From IMG/VR virus record IMGVR_UViG_3300044679_000035, positions 1-58,814 of that record: a stretch of 58,814 nucleotides of DNA, one strand, 5' to 3'. The notes below the pieces were generated by a model. The model worked only from the letters and a program-made list of their open reading frames with translations. It was not told the DNA's origin and made no database searches. Source of the DNA: a virus (taxonomy: Duplodnaviria > Caudoviricetes). Of the stretch, positions 1-8,776 are shown in pieces. Positions within the stretch are counted from its first letter, which is position 1, and each line of letters starts with the position of its first letter. The position numbers and the translations under genes are program-made.

Positions 1-42
1 CGGCACTCTTGCCGCATTTGGGCAGTAGGATATCGGGCTCAT
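1..42 (-). CDS. 5' end of a leftward gene running off the window (MSPISYCPNAARVP...)
   Basis: CAT at 40-42 with a GGAGAG RBS on the minus strand (CTCTCC at 49-54); open to the window edge. Confidence 0.4.
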   Translation of the reverse strand, partial: MSPISYCPNAARVP

Positions 43-364
43 TTGCTGCTCTCCGTAGTTGCATGGTGGATTGCATGATACGCGCGCCAGACTAACGATG
101 CGTCAACATGGTGGCCCTACTCCCTGCCCGTTGTCTCAGCCCAGGCGCGCTGCATCTGTCAGACAATCTAGCAGGTCCGCCCCCCCGCGTCAACCGTCAT
201 CAACCGCGACATCCTGACACAGGCGGCCGCAATTACGCGGCTTGTCCGATTCGAGCGAATCACGGCTTGATTCCGGGGTCGGGCGGCCACCCGACATTCG
301 CGGTTGTCGGCCGGGCTTGGGCGTCCCGAGCCAGGTCCGGCGACAGCTTTCGGGACAGGAACAA

Positions 365-415
365 ATGAAGCCCACCCCAAATGACAGGCAAGTTGCGTCC
401 GGCGCGGTCCGCTGA
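365..415 (+). CDS. possible 16-aa leader ORF (MKPTPNDRQVASGAVR) abutting the replication gene
   Basis: AGGA upstream of ATG 365; TGA 413-415 directly precedes ATG 416. Confidence 0.3.
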   Translation: MKPTPNDRQVASGAVR

Positions 416-1228
416 ATGGCGCGGATACGCTCGATCAAGCCCGAATTTCCGCAATCCGAAAGTATGGGTCGCGTGTCGCGCGAATCGCGGCTGTGCTTCC
501 TGATGCTCTGGACCATTCTCGACGATGAGGGGAGGGCTCGCGGGTCCTCGCGAATGCTCGCGAGCCTTCTCTACCCCTACGACGACGATGCGCCGAAGAA
601 AATCGACGGCTGGTTAACCGAATTGGAAGCAGAGGGCTGCATCATCCGCTACTCGATCGGCAGCGACCACTATATCGCCTCCGTAAATTGGCTGAAACAC
701 CAGAAGATTGACCGCCCAAGCCCGTCCCGCCACCCAGCACCACCAACAAAACCAAAACAGTCTGACACGAGCCCTCGCGAGCCCTCGCGACAATTCGATG
801 CTGATCTAGGATCAGGATCAGGATCAGGATCAAGGATAGGGACCAAGGAAGAGGAGATCTTGCCCGGACCCATCGAAGCCCCATTCATCGCCATCCCGAC
901 AAACCACAAGGGCGAAGAGTTCCACGTCCTCAAAGCCCTGGTCGACGAGTTCCAAAAATCATACCCAGCCGTCGATGTCCCCGCGCAGCTCCGCAAGATA
1001 CGATCGTGGTCGTTGAGCAATCCAGACCGCAGAAAAACAAAAAACGGCATGCGCAGATTTATCAACTCGTGGCTTTCCAAGGAGCAGGACAAAAATCATG
1101 GACCAACCAACGGAACCACCAACGGAACCGGAAGACGCGAAACTGCACACGATCGGTTCCTTGAAGGGACCGCTGACCTCATTGCGGAAATCAGAGCACG
1201 AGGTAGCGGCAGAAGCCCAGAAGGATGA
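416..1228 (+). CDS. phage replication initiator / replisome organizer-like protein
   Basis: N-terminus MARIRSIKPEF...LWTILDDEGR, low-complexity linker, C-terminal 'RRKTKNGMRRFINSWL' typical of lambda-O-position initiators. Confidence 0.75.
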   Translation: MARIRSIKPEFPQSESMGRVSRESRLCFLMLWTILDDEGRARGSSRMLASLLYPYDDDAPKKIDGWLTELEAEGCIIRYSIGSDHYIASVNWLKHQKIDRPSPSRHPAPPTKPKQSDTSPREPSRQFDADLGSGSGSGSRIGTKEEEILPGPIEAPFIAIPTNHKGEEFHVLKALVDEFQKSYPAVDVPAQLRKIRSWSLSNPDRRKTKNGMRRFINSWLSKEQDKNHGPTNGTTNGTGRRETAHDRFLEGTADLIAEIRARGSGRSPEG

Positions 1229-1574
1229 GGCCATAGCCGTGCTTCTCAGCCGCCTGGCGCTGCAGTATTGGCGCCCTGACCACACGCCGCCGCACGTCAA
1301 ATTGTTGATGGAGGACATGATCGAGGATTTGCGCGAATATCCGATGGAGGCTATTGCTGACGCCGTGCGAACGTATCGCCGCCGGGCGGAGAATCGCTTT
1401 TTCCCGACCAGCGGAGCGCTCCGGGCGATCATCGAAGACCCGGGACCATTTTGCTTCACCGGCCCCAGCGCCCATCTTGCAAAACTGGCGGGGGACGCAA
1501 AAAAGGAAATTGCCGAATTGGCCCTCGCGATTGCCGCAAAATCGCAGACGGCATTGCCACCGAAGCCCGAATAG
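1098..1574 (+). CDS. replication accessory protein (helicase loader/inhibitor-like)
   Basis: Overlaps initiator 3' end; 'DLREYPMEAIADAVRTYRR...FFPTSGALR' pattern common in genes following phage initiators. Confidence 0.5.
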   Translation: MDQPTEPPTEPEDAKLHTIGSLKGPLTSLRKSEHEVAAEAQKDEAIAVLLSRLALQYWRPDHTPPHVKLLMEDMIEDLREYPMEAIADAVRTYRRRAENRFFPTSGALRAIIEDPGPFCFTGPSAHLAKLAGDAKKEIAELALAIAAKSQTALPPKPE

Positions 1575-1615
1575 CGCTAAGTCACGCGCAAACGGAAAAC
1601 GTAGGGGAATGTAAA

Positions 1616-2263
1616 ATGGGCTTTGGCAAACTCGGAAGGAGGGACAAACAAACAGCGAGCAGATCGCCGAATGCAGCGCCGTGGATGAAAGGTCTCACGG
1701 ACATCGAGATACAAATCATTCGCGAGTATTTGGTTGATCTCAATCGCACTCAGGCGATGTTGCGCGTCCGCCCGGAGCTTGATTACAACACGGCTGGCGT
1801 TCGGGCTTCCGAGTTGTTTGGCAAGGTGCACATCATCGAAGCTCTCGATCTTGCGCTCGAAGCAAATGGAGCGGGGCCGCGCCAATGGCTCATCAACAAG
1901 TTGGCGGCGATCGCGGATTCTAGTATCGACCATTTCTTCGACTGGCTCCCGCATGATGGAGTAATAACATTGAAGAAAGGCGAGGATGTACCAAAGGCCG
2001 TCCGCGCGCTCATCAAGGAAATCAGGTTGAAGGAAAATGGCGAGGTCGTGCTGAAGCTGCACGATCCGCTGAAAGCGATGGAACTACTCGCCCAGGTTCG
2101 CGGAATTGCCCTGACCGCGCAGCAGCACGACCACAAGCATACCGTCGGGCTCGATCAGCTGCTGGGGTCGTACTCGCCGCCGGAGCCAGCGCAGGTTGCG
2201 GCGCCGGACCCGATGAAACAAATAGCGTCGGCGATTGACGCGGAGTTCGAGGCGGCGAAGTGA
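1616..2263 (+). CDS. terS: terminase small subunit
   Basis: 'EYLVDLNRTQAMLR' and 'LKLHDPLKAMELLA' TerS-like motifs; start moved to ATG 1616 with purine-rich RBS; upstream of TerL. Confidence 0.8.
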   Translation: MGFGKLGRRDKQTASRSPNAAPWMKGLTDIEIQIIREYLVDLNRTQAMLRVRPELDYNTAGVRASELFGKVHIIEALDLALEANGAGPRQWLINKLAAIADSSIDHFFDWLPHDGVITLKKGEDVPKAVRALIKEIRLKENGEVVLKLHDPLKAMELLAQVRGIALTAQQHDHKHTVGLDQLLGSYSPPEPAQVAAPDPMKQIASAIDAEFEAAK

Positions 2264-2539
2264 TGAGAATCTCGACCACGCTTGTCGACAATTGGGGTCG
2301 CGCGCCAGATTTGGCCGTTCTCTTCCGCCGGCCAAATGCTGCCCCGTAGATGGCCTCGCGCCGGCCCACAGCGCAGCGGAGAGCCGTGGGAAGCGATCCG
2401 AAACTGGTCTCTATGTGGCCGGGTCATCGAATCGCGCTGTGCGAGCCTCTCAGGTACCGTAGCGTCGAAATCAGCCACAGGATGAATATGGCATGTGCCA
2501 GCAACCTCAAGTGGAAAATGTGGTAACAGGATACCGCAA

Positions 2540-2752
2540 ATGACCGACCATCTCTTCGCGTCCGTGGCAGCACTTGACCCGGCGATTCCCGCTCTCGAAG
2601 CGCAGCGCGATACGCTCTGGCGGCTGGCGCAGGATGCGAATTCGGAGGACATGATATGGCTTGAGGTTGCGTATCAAACGAGCGTGATCCGGCTTAACAA
2701 ACAAATAATCGAACTGGCGAGGCGCGCAATGATGAGGAGATATGGTAGATGA
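2540..2752 (+). CDS. hypothetical protein
   Basis: AGGA RBS; 3' end overlaps the next ORF. Confidence 0.5.
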   Translation: MTDHLFASVAALDPAIPALEAQRDTLWRLAQDANSEDMIWLEVAYQTSVIRLNKQIIELARRAMMRRYGR

Positions 2753-2958
2753 GCGATCCAACATTGCGCGTGCTGTTCTCCGCATTACGCGCCGGCACAG
2801 GCAAGACATTCATCGCCGTCGCATTCATGCCCAATCGTTTTGAGTTCGCAGGAAATGAACATGCCCGCGCCCTCGAACAAGCTTGGATCAGCGTATGGGC
2901 TGTAGTATTCTTAATTATTAGTCTGGCATTTCTGATGAAGGCCATTATTAACCGATGA
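2749..2958 (+). CDS. small membrane protein
   Basis: C-terminal hydrophobic helix WISVWAVVFLIISLAFLM; ATGA overlap with TerL. Confidence 0.45.
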   Translation: MSDPTLRVLFSALRAGTGKTFIAVAFMPNRFEFAGNEHARALEQAWISVWAVVFLIISLAFLMKAIINR

Positions 2959-4412
2959 CCATCGAAGCCGCCAAGGAAACACTTGACCGGTGGCGCGAGA
3001 AGCCGCGTGCCATGGTGGAGGAACTTTGGGGCGTCAAGCCCGATCCATGGCAGGCTCAGGCGCTCGACGCATTCCCACACTGTCCCCGTATCGCGTTCAA
3101 GGCCAGTAAAGGGCCCGGCAAGACGGCAACGCTTGCGTGGCTCGGTCTCAACTTCATGCTCACGCGCCCATTTGCCAACGGCGCGGCGGTATCGATCACG
3201 GGTGATAACCTCAAGTACGGCCTCTGGAAGGAGATGGCAAAATGGATGGCGGTGGACAAGCGCAACCCCGCGACGCCGCTGTTTCAACAGATATTCGACC
3301 AGACCAGTGAGCAGATATCGCATAAGCAATTCGGCAAGCGATGGTTTCTCGGCGCGCGGCAATTCAGCAAGACGGCGAACAAGGAGCAGCTGGGCGATAC
3401 CCTGGCCGGACTGCACGAGAAGTTTGTGTTCGTTTTGATAGACGAGGCGGGCGGCGTCCCGATCGCAATTCTGCAGGCGGCGGACGCCATTCATTCGAGC
3501 GCGACCGAAAGCCATGTCGTCATCGCCGGCAATACCAACACGCTCGAAGGCTCTCTGTACCTGGCTTGCGTCAAGCAGGCTCATCTCTGGAAAGTCATTC
3601 CAATCAGCGGAGACCCGGACGATCCAGACAGATCGACGCGCGTCGATATCGAGTGGGCGCGCGAATTGATCCGTGCCAACGGCCGCGACGACCCATTCGT
3701 CAAGGTCATGGTCCTCGGCGAATGGCCGGCCGCGTCGCTGAATGCATTGATTGGTCCCGACGAAGTCGAAGCGGCGATGCGGCGGAACTATCGCGACTAC
3801 CAGTATCGCGACTTTGCGAAGGTGATTGGTGTCGACGTCGCGCTCAACGGGCTCGATGCCAGCGTAATAACGAAACGGCAGGGGCCGCTCATTCTCCCGC
3901 AGCTCGTGTATCGCAATGTGAACAGTATTCAGGGTGCCGGCATTGTTGCTCGCGAGTGGGGCGACTGGGACGCCGATGCCTGTTTCGTCGATGCGACCGG
4001 AGGCTTCGGCGCCGGCTGGATCGACCAGCTGCGACACCTCGGTCGTGCCGCGATCGGCGTCCAGTACGCGGGCGAAGCGCTGCAGAAATCGAGGTACTAC
4101 AACAAACGAACCGAGATGTACTTCGAGCTCGTGGACTGGATCAAGGCGGGCGGCCAACTGCCGCCGCATCCCGAGTTGACGGCGGCGCTGACCAACACGC
4201 TGTTCGCCTTCAAGGGTGACCGGATGATGTTGGAGCCCAAGCTCGCGGTTAAGGCCAAGATCGGGTACTCGCCCGACCATGCCGACAGCGCCGCCCAAAC
4301 CTTCCACTCGCCTGTCACGCCGAGGGGCTTCCGTCAGCAGCCGAACAGGTCTAGGATGACCGCCGAATACGATCCATTCTCGAAGGCGTTTGAGGTCATG
4401 GAGGGGCGATGA
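2955..4412 (+). CDS. terL: terminase large subunit
   Basis: Walker A (KGPGKT), Walker B (VLIDEAG), RNase-H-like nuclease motifs (IGVDVA, SPDHAD). Confidence 0.93.
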   Translation: MTIEAAKETLDRWREKPRAMVEELWGVKPDPWQAQALDAFPHCPRIAFKASKGPGKTATLAWLGLNFMLTRPFANGAAVSITGDNLKYGLWKEMAKWMAVDKRNPATPLFQQIFDQTSEQISHKQFGKRWFLGARQFSKTANKEQLGDTLAGLHEKFVFVLIDEAGGVPIAILQAADAIHSSATESHVVIAGNTNTLEGSLYLACVKQAHLWKVIPISGDPDDPDRSTRVDIEWARELIRANGRDDPFVKVMVLGEWPAASLNALIGPDEVEAAMRRNYRDYQYRDFAKVIGVDVALNGLDASVITKRQGPLILPQLVYRNVNSIQGAGIVAREWGDWDADACFVDATGGFGAGWIDQLRHLGRAAIGVQYAGEALQKSRYYNKRTEMYFELVDWIKAGGQLPPHPELTAALTNTLFAFKGDRMMLEPKLAVKAKIGYSPDHADSAAQTFHSPVTPRGFRQQPNRSRMTAEYDPFSKAFEVMEGR

Positions 4413-5173
4413 GCGAGCAATCTGACGGCCAAAATCAGGCATTGGTCGATCCGGTGACCGGAGTTGACGGCCCCCCGAATCACCCCCCGATGCAGCAGGC
4501 CCAATTGCCGCGCTGGCGGTCGCACAAGACCGTGTGGGCGGCGAAGATCACCGAGGTCGACTCCACCGAGGCCGGAGCGCGCCGCTGGCTCCTCGATGGG
4601 GGTGACCACGTTGACCCGACCCCGCAGCTTCAGAGCCGCATTCCGGCGGGAACGGATCCGATCGGCGGCTACTACGTCCGCTACGAGGACGGATTCGAAA
4701 GCTGGTCCCCTGCCGCGGCGTTCGAGGGCGGCTACACGAGGTTTGAACCAGGCGCCGCCGACGATGCCGCCGGCCCGACCGAAGCGCAAATCCTCGCCTC
4801 GCGCCAGGGCACCGGGATCATCGCATCTGATGCTGCGGCCGCCGCGGTTTCCAAGGCCGCAAGGGTCTCACTCGCCGATATCGAGGCTGCGATCAAATGG
4901 CGGTTCGACGTCAACGCGGCACAGGCCGTCGGCGCCACCGAAGGCCACAAGGTCAATGCGGATTCCTCGAACAGCATGGAGAGTCTGGCCGTGCTGTCGC
5001 TGTGCATCCTCGTCATGCGCAACGGGTATAGCGTGGTTGGTACATCGGCGCCGGCACACCCGCAGAACTACGAGCAGCAACTCGGCAAACGATTGGCCTA
5101 TGAGGATGCCATCCGCCAAATATGGCCCCTGATGGGGTGGCAGTTGCGCAGCAAATTGGCTGGTCTCGGCTAA
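4409..5173 (+). CDS. two-domain protein with C-terminal N4 Gp49/Sf6 gp66-family domain
   Basis: C-term 'LSLCILVMRNGYSVVGTSAPAHPQNYEQQLGKRLAYEDAIRQIWPLMGW'; N-term 'GGYYVRYEDGFESWSPAAAFEGGY'. Confidence 0.75.
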   Translation: MSEQSDGQNQALVDPVTGVDGPPNHPPMQQAQLPRWRSHKTVWAAKITEVDSTEAGARRWLLDGGDHVDPTPQLQSRIPAGTDPIGGYYVRYEDGFESWSPAAAFEGGYTRFEPGAADDAAGPTEAQILASRQGTGIIASDAAAAAVSKAARVSLADIEAAIKWRFDVNAAQAVGATEGHKVNADSSNSMESLAVLSLCILVMRNGYSVVGTSAPAHPQNYEQQLGKRLAYEDAIRQIWPLMGWQLRSKLAGLG

Positions 5174-5492
5174 CGATGTTCCCGGCGAGCGTTTTAACGG
5201 TCGCGCTGGCCGACCGAGTGAACCAACCGGCCCTGCAGTGCGGCTCGCCGGGCGGGAGCGTTGTACCGCCAAGGGCCGGAAGCCAGCGACCTGCCACCGC
5301 GGAATCATCGCTGATCGGAGATCCGGCGGGCGTGCTTCCGGGAGACGCGCTGATTGCGTCCCGCCGGGACGAGGCTCCGGGTTCATTCGCCATCAGTGTT
5401 TCTTGTCAGGCTATTGAATTCGAACCGATTCCAGCGTCTGAAGCCACTCTCTTAATTCGGGAATTCCATTTCGGGGAAGGCGAGCCGCGCTG

Positions 5493-5708
5493 ATGTCGTT
5501 CCTCGCACCATCGCTTCCAAAACCGATTCCGCCGCCGATTCCGCCGTCGCTGGCAAGCGGGCAGATCGCGATGTCGATGCAGCAGCAGGCGGCGGCTGCG
5601 GCGGCGGCGGAAGGCATGGGCGGCGAAGGAACGATCTCGACCTCGCCGGAAGGCGCGGAATCGCCCAACACTGCAGGAATCGGGCTCAAGGCGAATCTGG
5701 GAGGCTGA
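5493..5708 (+). CDS. small Pro/Ala-rich protein preceding the portal
   Basis: Position and composition (ends ...KANLGG) resemble the small pre-portal genes of BPP-1-like phages. Confidence 0.6.
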   Translation: MSFLAPSLPKPIPPPIPPSLASGQIAMSMQQQAAAAAAAEGMGGEGTISTSPEGAESPNTAGIGLKANLGG

Positions 5709-5709
5709 G

Positions 5710-5964
5710 ATGCAGCGCGAACTCGCCCTCGGTGTCATCGTTTCCGCCGCGATATATCTGTTCGGGATCATCCTTGTTTCGCTCTGCCTGCATCTTTTCC
5801 TGCCGGCGTTTGCAGCCATCGAATGCGCCGGCTTCTGCTGGGTTGCGTACTCTGTGCAACTCTACGGCTCTCCGCGCTGGCTCTGCGCCGCGTCTGTTAT
5901 TCTGTCCGCGCTGCTCGGGTTTGCGGCGGGGCTGCTGCTGATCGTGCTGGCGGTGATCGTTTGA
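5710..5964 (+). CDS. membrane protein (about 3 TM helices)
   Basis: Almost entirely hydrophobic 84 aa; GGAGG RBS. Confidence 0.6.
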   Translation: MQRELALGVIVSAAIYLFGIILVSLCLHLFLPAFAAIECAGFCWVAYSVQLYGSPRWLCAASVILSALLGFAAGLLLIVLAVIV

Positions 5965-6188
5965 TGCCAGGCCCGGCGAAGTCAGCACAACGGCTCGCGA
6001 TCGAGGCGCTTGGTGTCGGCGGTGCCCATGCGGTCCGCGTCGCATTGAAACGCAGCGCAAAACCGTTGCGCGTTCGCCTGTCCGTCATGGTGAACACCAT
6101 GCACAAGCGCGGTCCTGAGCGATATCGGATACGCACGAAGCACGAGCCTGACGGCGCATCGTGCATCACCGTCGAGCGGGTGTCGTGA
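5964..6188 (+). CDS. hypothetical basic protein
   Basis: TGATG coupling to the previous ORF. Confidence 0.5.
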   Translation: MPGPAKSAQRLAIEALGVGGAHAVRVALKRSAKPLRVRLSVMVNTMHKRGPERYRIRTKHEPDGASCITVERVS

Positions 6189-6343
6189 GCATCCGGACCT
6201 TAAGGCATTTCGACGAAAAAGCGCGGATGTTTGTTCCGGCCGGCACACGCATCAATGCCTATGTCGCCGGAACAGGAACCATCCTCGGCTACTGGGAATG
6301 CGTCGAGCCGGAGGATGGCGGCATCTGGAGAAGCGTGCTATGA
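6185..6343 (+). CDS. hypothetical protein
   Basis: GTGA and ATGA overlaps at both ends. Confidence 0.45.
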   Translation: MSIRTLRHFDEKARMFVPAGTRINAYVAGTGTILGYWECVEPEDGGIWRSVL

Positions 6344-6414
6344 GCGAAACATCCTACCGCATTCTCGGCGTCATCATAGCCGTTCTTGCTGTTGCGATTC
6401 TTTGGGGGAAGTAA
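6340..6414 (+). CDS. 24-aa single-TM peptide (MSETSYRILGVIIAVLAVAILWGK)
   Basis: Read from sequence; ATGA overlap upstream, TAATG overlap with portal start. Confidence 0.5.
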   Translation: MSETSYRILGVIIAVLAVAILWGK

Positions 6415-8306
6415 TGGCCCTCCAGTTCCTGCACTTTCTCGCCACGATGACGCCGCTGGCTTCGGCTTTTGCACGCTACGAGATGGCGACGCCGCAACTG
6501 CTGGCCGAGCAACCGCCGACGGCACCCGAGAGGCTGGCCGAGTTTGATCCCGACTGGGAGACCATGTTTTCCCACCTGGAGTCGACGCTCGCGGCGCTGA
6601 AAGACTGGCGTTACTCGTGGTGGACCTATTGGAGCAAGCTGGCGGAATATTTGCTGCCACGAAGATACCGTTGGCTGGTCACGGCGAATCTTATGCGCAA
6701 AGGCAACGCGATCAACCAGGCCATCATCGACTCCACCGCCGGGCTCGCCAAGAATATCTGTTACACCGGCATGGTCGAGGGACTCATCCCGACGACGCGG
6801 GTGTGGTTCAAGACCGGGATCATGATGCCCGGAATCGAACTGAACGCCGACGAAAAGGCGTGGCTGGAAGCCGTCGATCGCGTCCTGTATCTCGTGCTGG
6901 CGAAGTCGAACTTCTACACCGAAATGGCGCAGATGGCCGAGGATGAAGTCGTCTTCGGGACCGGCGTGGTGTTCCTGCAGGAGGATGCCCGCAACGTCAT
7001 CTGCTGCTCCGTGCCATGCGCCGGCGAATATTCTCTGGCCGTCGGTGCGCAGAACACGGCGGATACCTGCTACACAGAAGAGACCAAGACCGTCAAGCAG
7101 CTCGTCGATATGCTCGGACTGAAGGGATGCCCGCCAGTGGTTCAGAGGTTGTGGGAGGAGGGCGGCGCCAGCCTGCAGAACGAGTTCGTGCTGGCGCGCG
7201 CCGTGGAACCGAACTTTGCGCTGGACGGCCGCGGGAGAGCCCGGGGCACGCGCGTCCAGCCGGTGCCGATGTCCTTCGCCTACCGCGAAATCTACTGGCT
7301 CCGCGGGCAGAATACCGGGCGGCCGCTCTCGGCGCGGGGCTACCACGAAAAGCCATTTGCGGCCTTCCGGTGGGCAAAAACCGGCAACGATCCCTATGGC
7401 CGCGGTCCCGGCATGGAAGTCCTGGGCGATACGATCCAACTCCAGATCATGACGCGCCGGCTCAACGAGGCGATCGAGAAGCAGGTGCGGCCGGCGATGG
7501 GCGCCGATCCCACGATGAAAAACGAGCCAGCCTCGATCAACCCGGCGCAGATCACCTATGTCAACACGGAGAACGGCCGCAAGGGCTTCTGGAGCCTGTT
7601 CGACGTCAAGCTGGAACTCGCCGGCATGGTTGCAACCATGGAGAAGATCTGCACCCGGATCGACAGGGGATTTTATAACCACGTCTTCATGGCGATCAGC
7701 CAGATGCAGGGCGTCCAGCCGCGCCAGAACCTCGAAATTCAGGAGCGCAAAAACGAGGCCATGCAGCAGCTTGGCCCCGTCATCGGGCTCTGGAAGCAGG
7801 AGATGCACGAAGTCCTGTCCCGCTGCTTCGATATCGCCTCGCGCAAGAAACTGATCCCGACGCGGCCGCAGCGGCTGCGCAAGATGGCGCTGAAATTCGA
7901 TTTTCTCGACATGGTTACGCTGGCGCAGCTCGGGGCCAAGACCGCGGAAATGGATCAGGGCTTCGAGCAGGCCGGCAAACTGTCGCTGGCCGCCAAGGCC
8001 GCGACGCTTCCGGATCCGATGCGCTGCGTCAATCTCGACGATGCCCTGCGGGCCTATCTCGAAGCCTGCCAGTTCCCGCCGACGCTGGTCTACGACCAGC
8101 AGGAAGTCCACGAGCACGACCAGGCCAGGGCCCACGCCGCGCAGGCAAAGCAGCTCATGGCCGTGGCACCGGCGGCCCAACCCGCCGTCGATGCCGCGAA
8201 AGGGCTTGCCAGCATCCCCCCGGATGGTGGTAACTCCTTACTCGGACAGATTCTTGGCGGCGGCAAGGCCCCACAGGGAGGCCAGCCGGCGGCTCCGGGA
8301 CAGTGA
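6414..8306 (+). CDS. portal (head-to-tail connector), BPP-1/T7-type
   Basis: 'WSKLAEYLLPRR', 'IIDSTA', 'SNFY...VVFGTG', 'RW...DPYGRGPGMEVLGD', 'EIQERKNE...LGPV' motifs; start refined to 6414. Confidence 0.9.
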   Translation: MALQFLHFLATMTPLASAFARYEMATPQLLAEQPPTAPERLAEFDPDWETMFSHLESTLAALKDWRYSWWTYWSKLAEYLLPRRYRWLVTANLMRKGNAINQAIIDSTAGLAKNICYTGMVEGLIPTTRVWFKTGIMMPGIELNADEKAWLEAVDRVLYLVLAKSNFYTEMAQMAEDEVVFGTGVVFLQEDARNVICCSVPCAGEYSLAVGAQNTADTCYTEETKTVKQLVDMLGLKGCPPVVQRLWEEGGASLQNEFVLARAVEPNFALDGRGRARGTRVQPVPMSFAYREIYWLRGQNTGRPLSARGYHEKPFAAFRWAKTGNDPYGRGPGMEVLGDTIQLQIMTRRLNEAIEKQVRPAMGADPTMKNEPASINPAQITYVNTENGRKGFWSLFDVKLELAGMVATMEKICTRIDRGFYNHVFMAISQMQGVQPRQNLEIQERKNEAMQQLGPVIGLWKQEMHEVLSRCFDIASRKKLIPTRPQRLRKMALKFDFLDMVTLAQLGAKTAEMDQGFEQAGKLSLAAKAATLPDPMRCVNLDDALRAYLEACQFPPTLVYDQQEVHEHDQARAHAAQAKQLMAVAPAAQPAVDAAKGLASIPPDGGNSLLGQILGGGKAPQGGQPAAPGQ

Positions 8307-8393
8307 GGTCGGAATGGCTGACGCGCCGATGTTCAAACTATGTGAGCATGTGAACTGATGGCGGCCACGTAGGATGAAATTCGAGAGGTTCCG

Positions 8394-8774
8394 ATGATCA
8401 AATTGCTGTGCAGCAGAGTGACAAAAACCGGTCGGCGGCTTGGGCCGTCGCACGATGTCGTCGTCACGTTCACCGACCTGGGCGATTTCATGCCGATGTT
8501 CATCGACGGAAAGACCGTTGACGCGCTGACCAGCAAGATGGAATTTGATGGCCGGACGATCTACTCGCAAATCAATCTTGCGAATGCAAGGGGCACCCAA
8601 GACGCTCGCAAGAAATGGGACACTGAAGTGCTGCTGCGGGAGGGGATTGATATGACTGAATACCGACTGGCTGAGTACAGCGACGGATGGACTCTCGGTC
8701 TCGTTGATCGCGTACCGTTTATTGTTCGTGCCCGCTCGGTTTTGCGCCGCATTGCTTCCGTATTGGCTGCATAG
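8394..8774 (+). CDS. hypothetical protein
   Basis: GAGG RBS, same-strand packing. Confidence 0.55.
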   Translation: MIKLLCSRVTKTGRRLGPSHDVVVTFTDLGDFMPMFIDGKTVDALTSKMEFDGRTIYSQINLANARGTQDARKKWDTEVLLREGIDMTEYRLAEYSDGWTLGLVDRVPFIVRARSVLRRIASVLAA

Positions 8775-8776
8775 CA

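Noticed and set aside
767-840. GAGCCCTCGC x2 and GGATCA x4 as replication iterons
   Set aside because: They encode a low-complexity linker (GSGSGS). An origin inside the initiator is plausible but not supportable from these short repeats
2749-2958. AGTGKT Walker-A-like string
   Set aside because: ORF is only 69 aa with no remaining NTPase fold; chance or a remnant
5275-5300. GGAAGCCAGCGACCTGCC resembles the 3' end of a cobalamin riboswitch
   Set aside because: Upstream conserved elements (AGGGAA, CCCGCAACTGT, GCCACTG) are not present
2694-8180. Long antisense ORFs (2694-4442, 6354-8180; similarly 17698-19362, 30377-31777)
   Set aside because: Shadows of real high-GC genes on the opposite strand with no recognisable motifs
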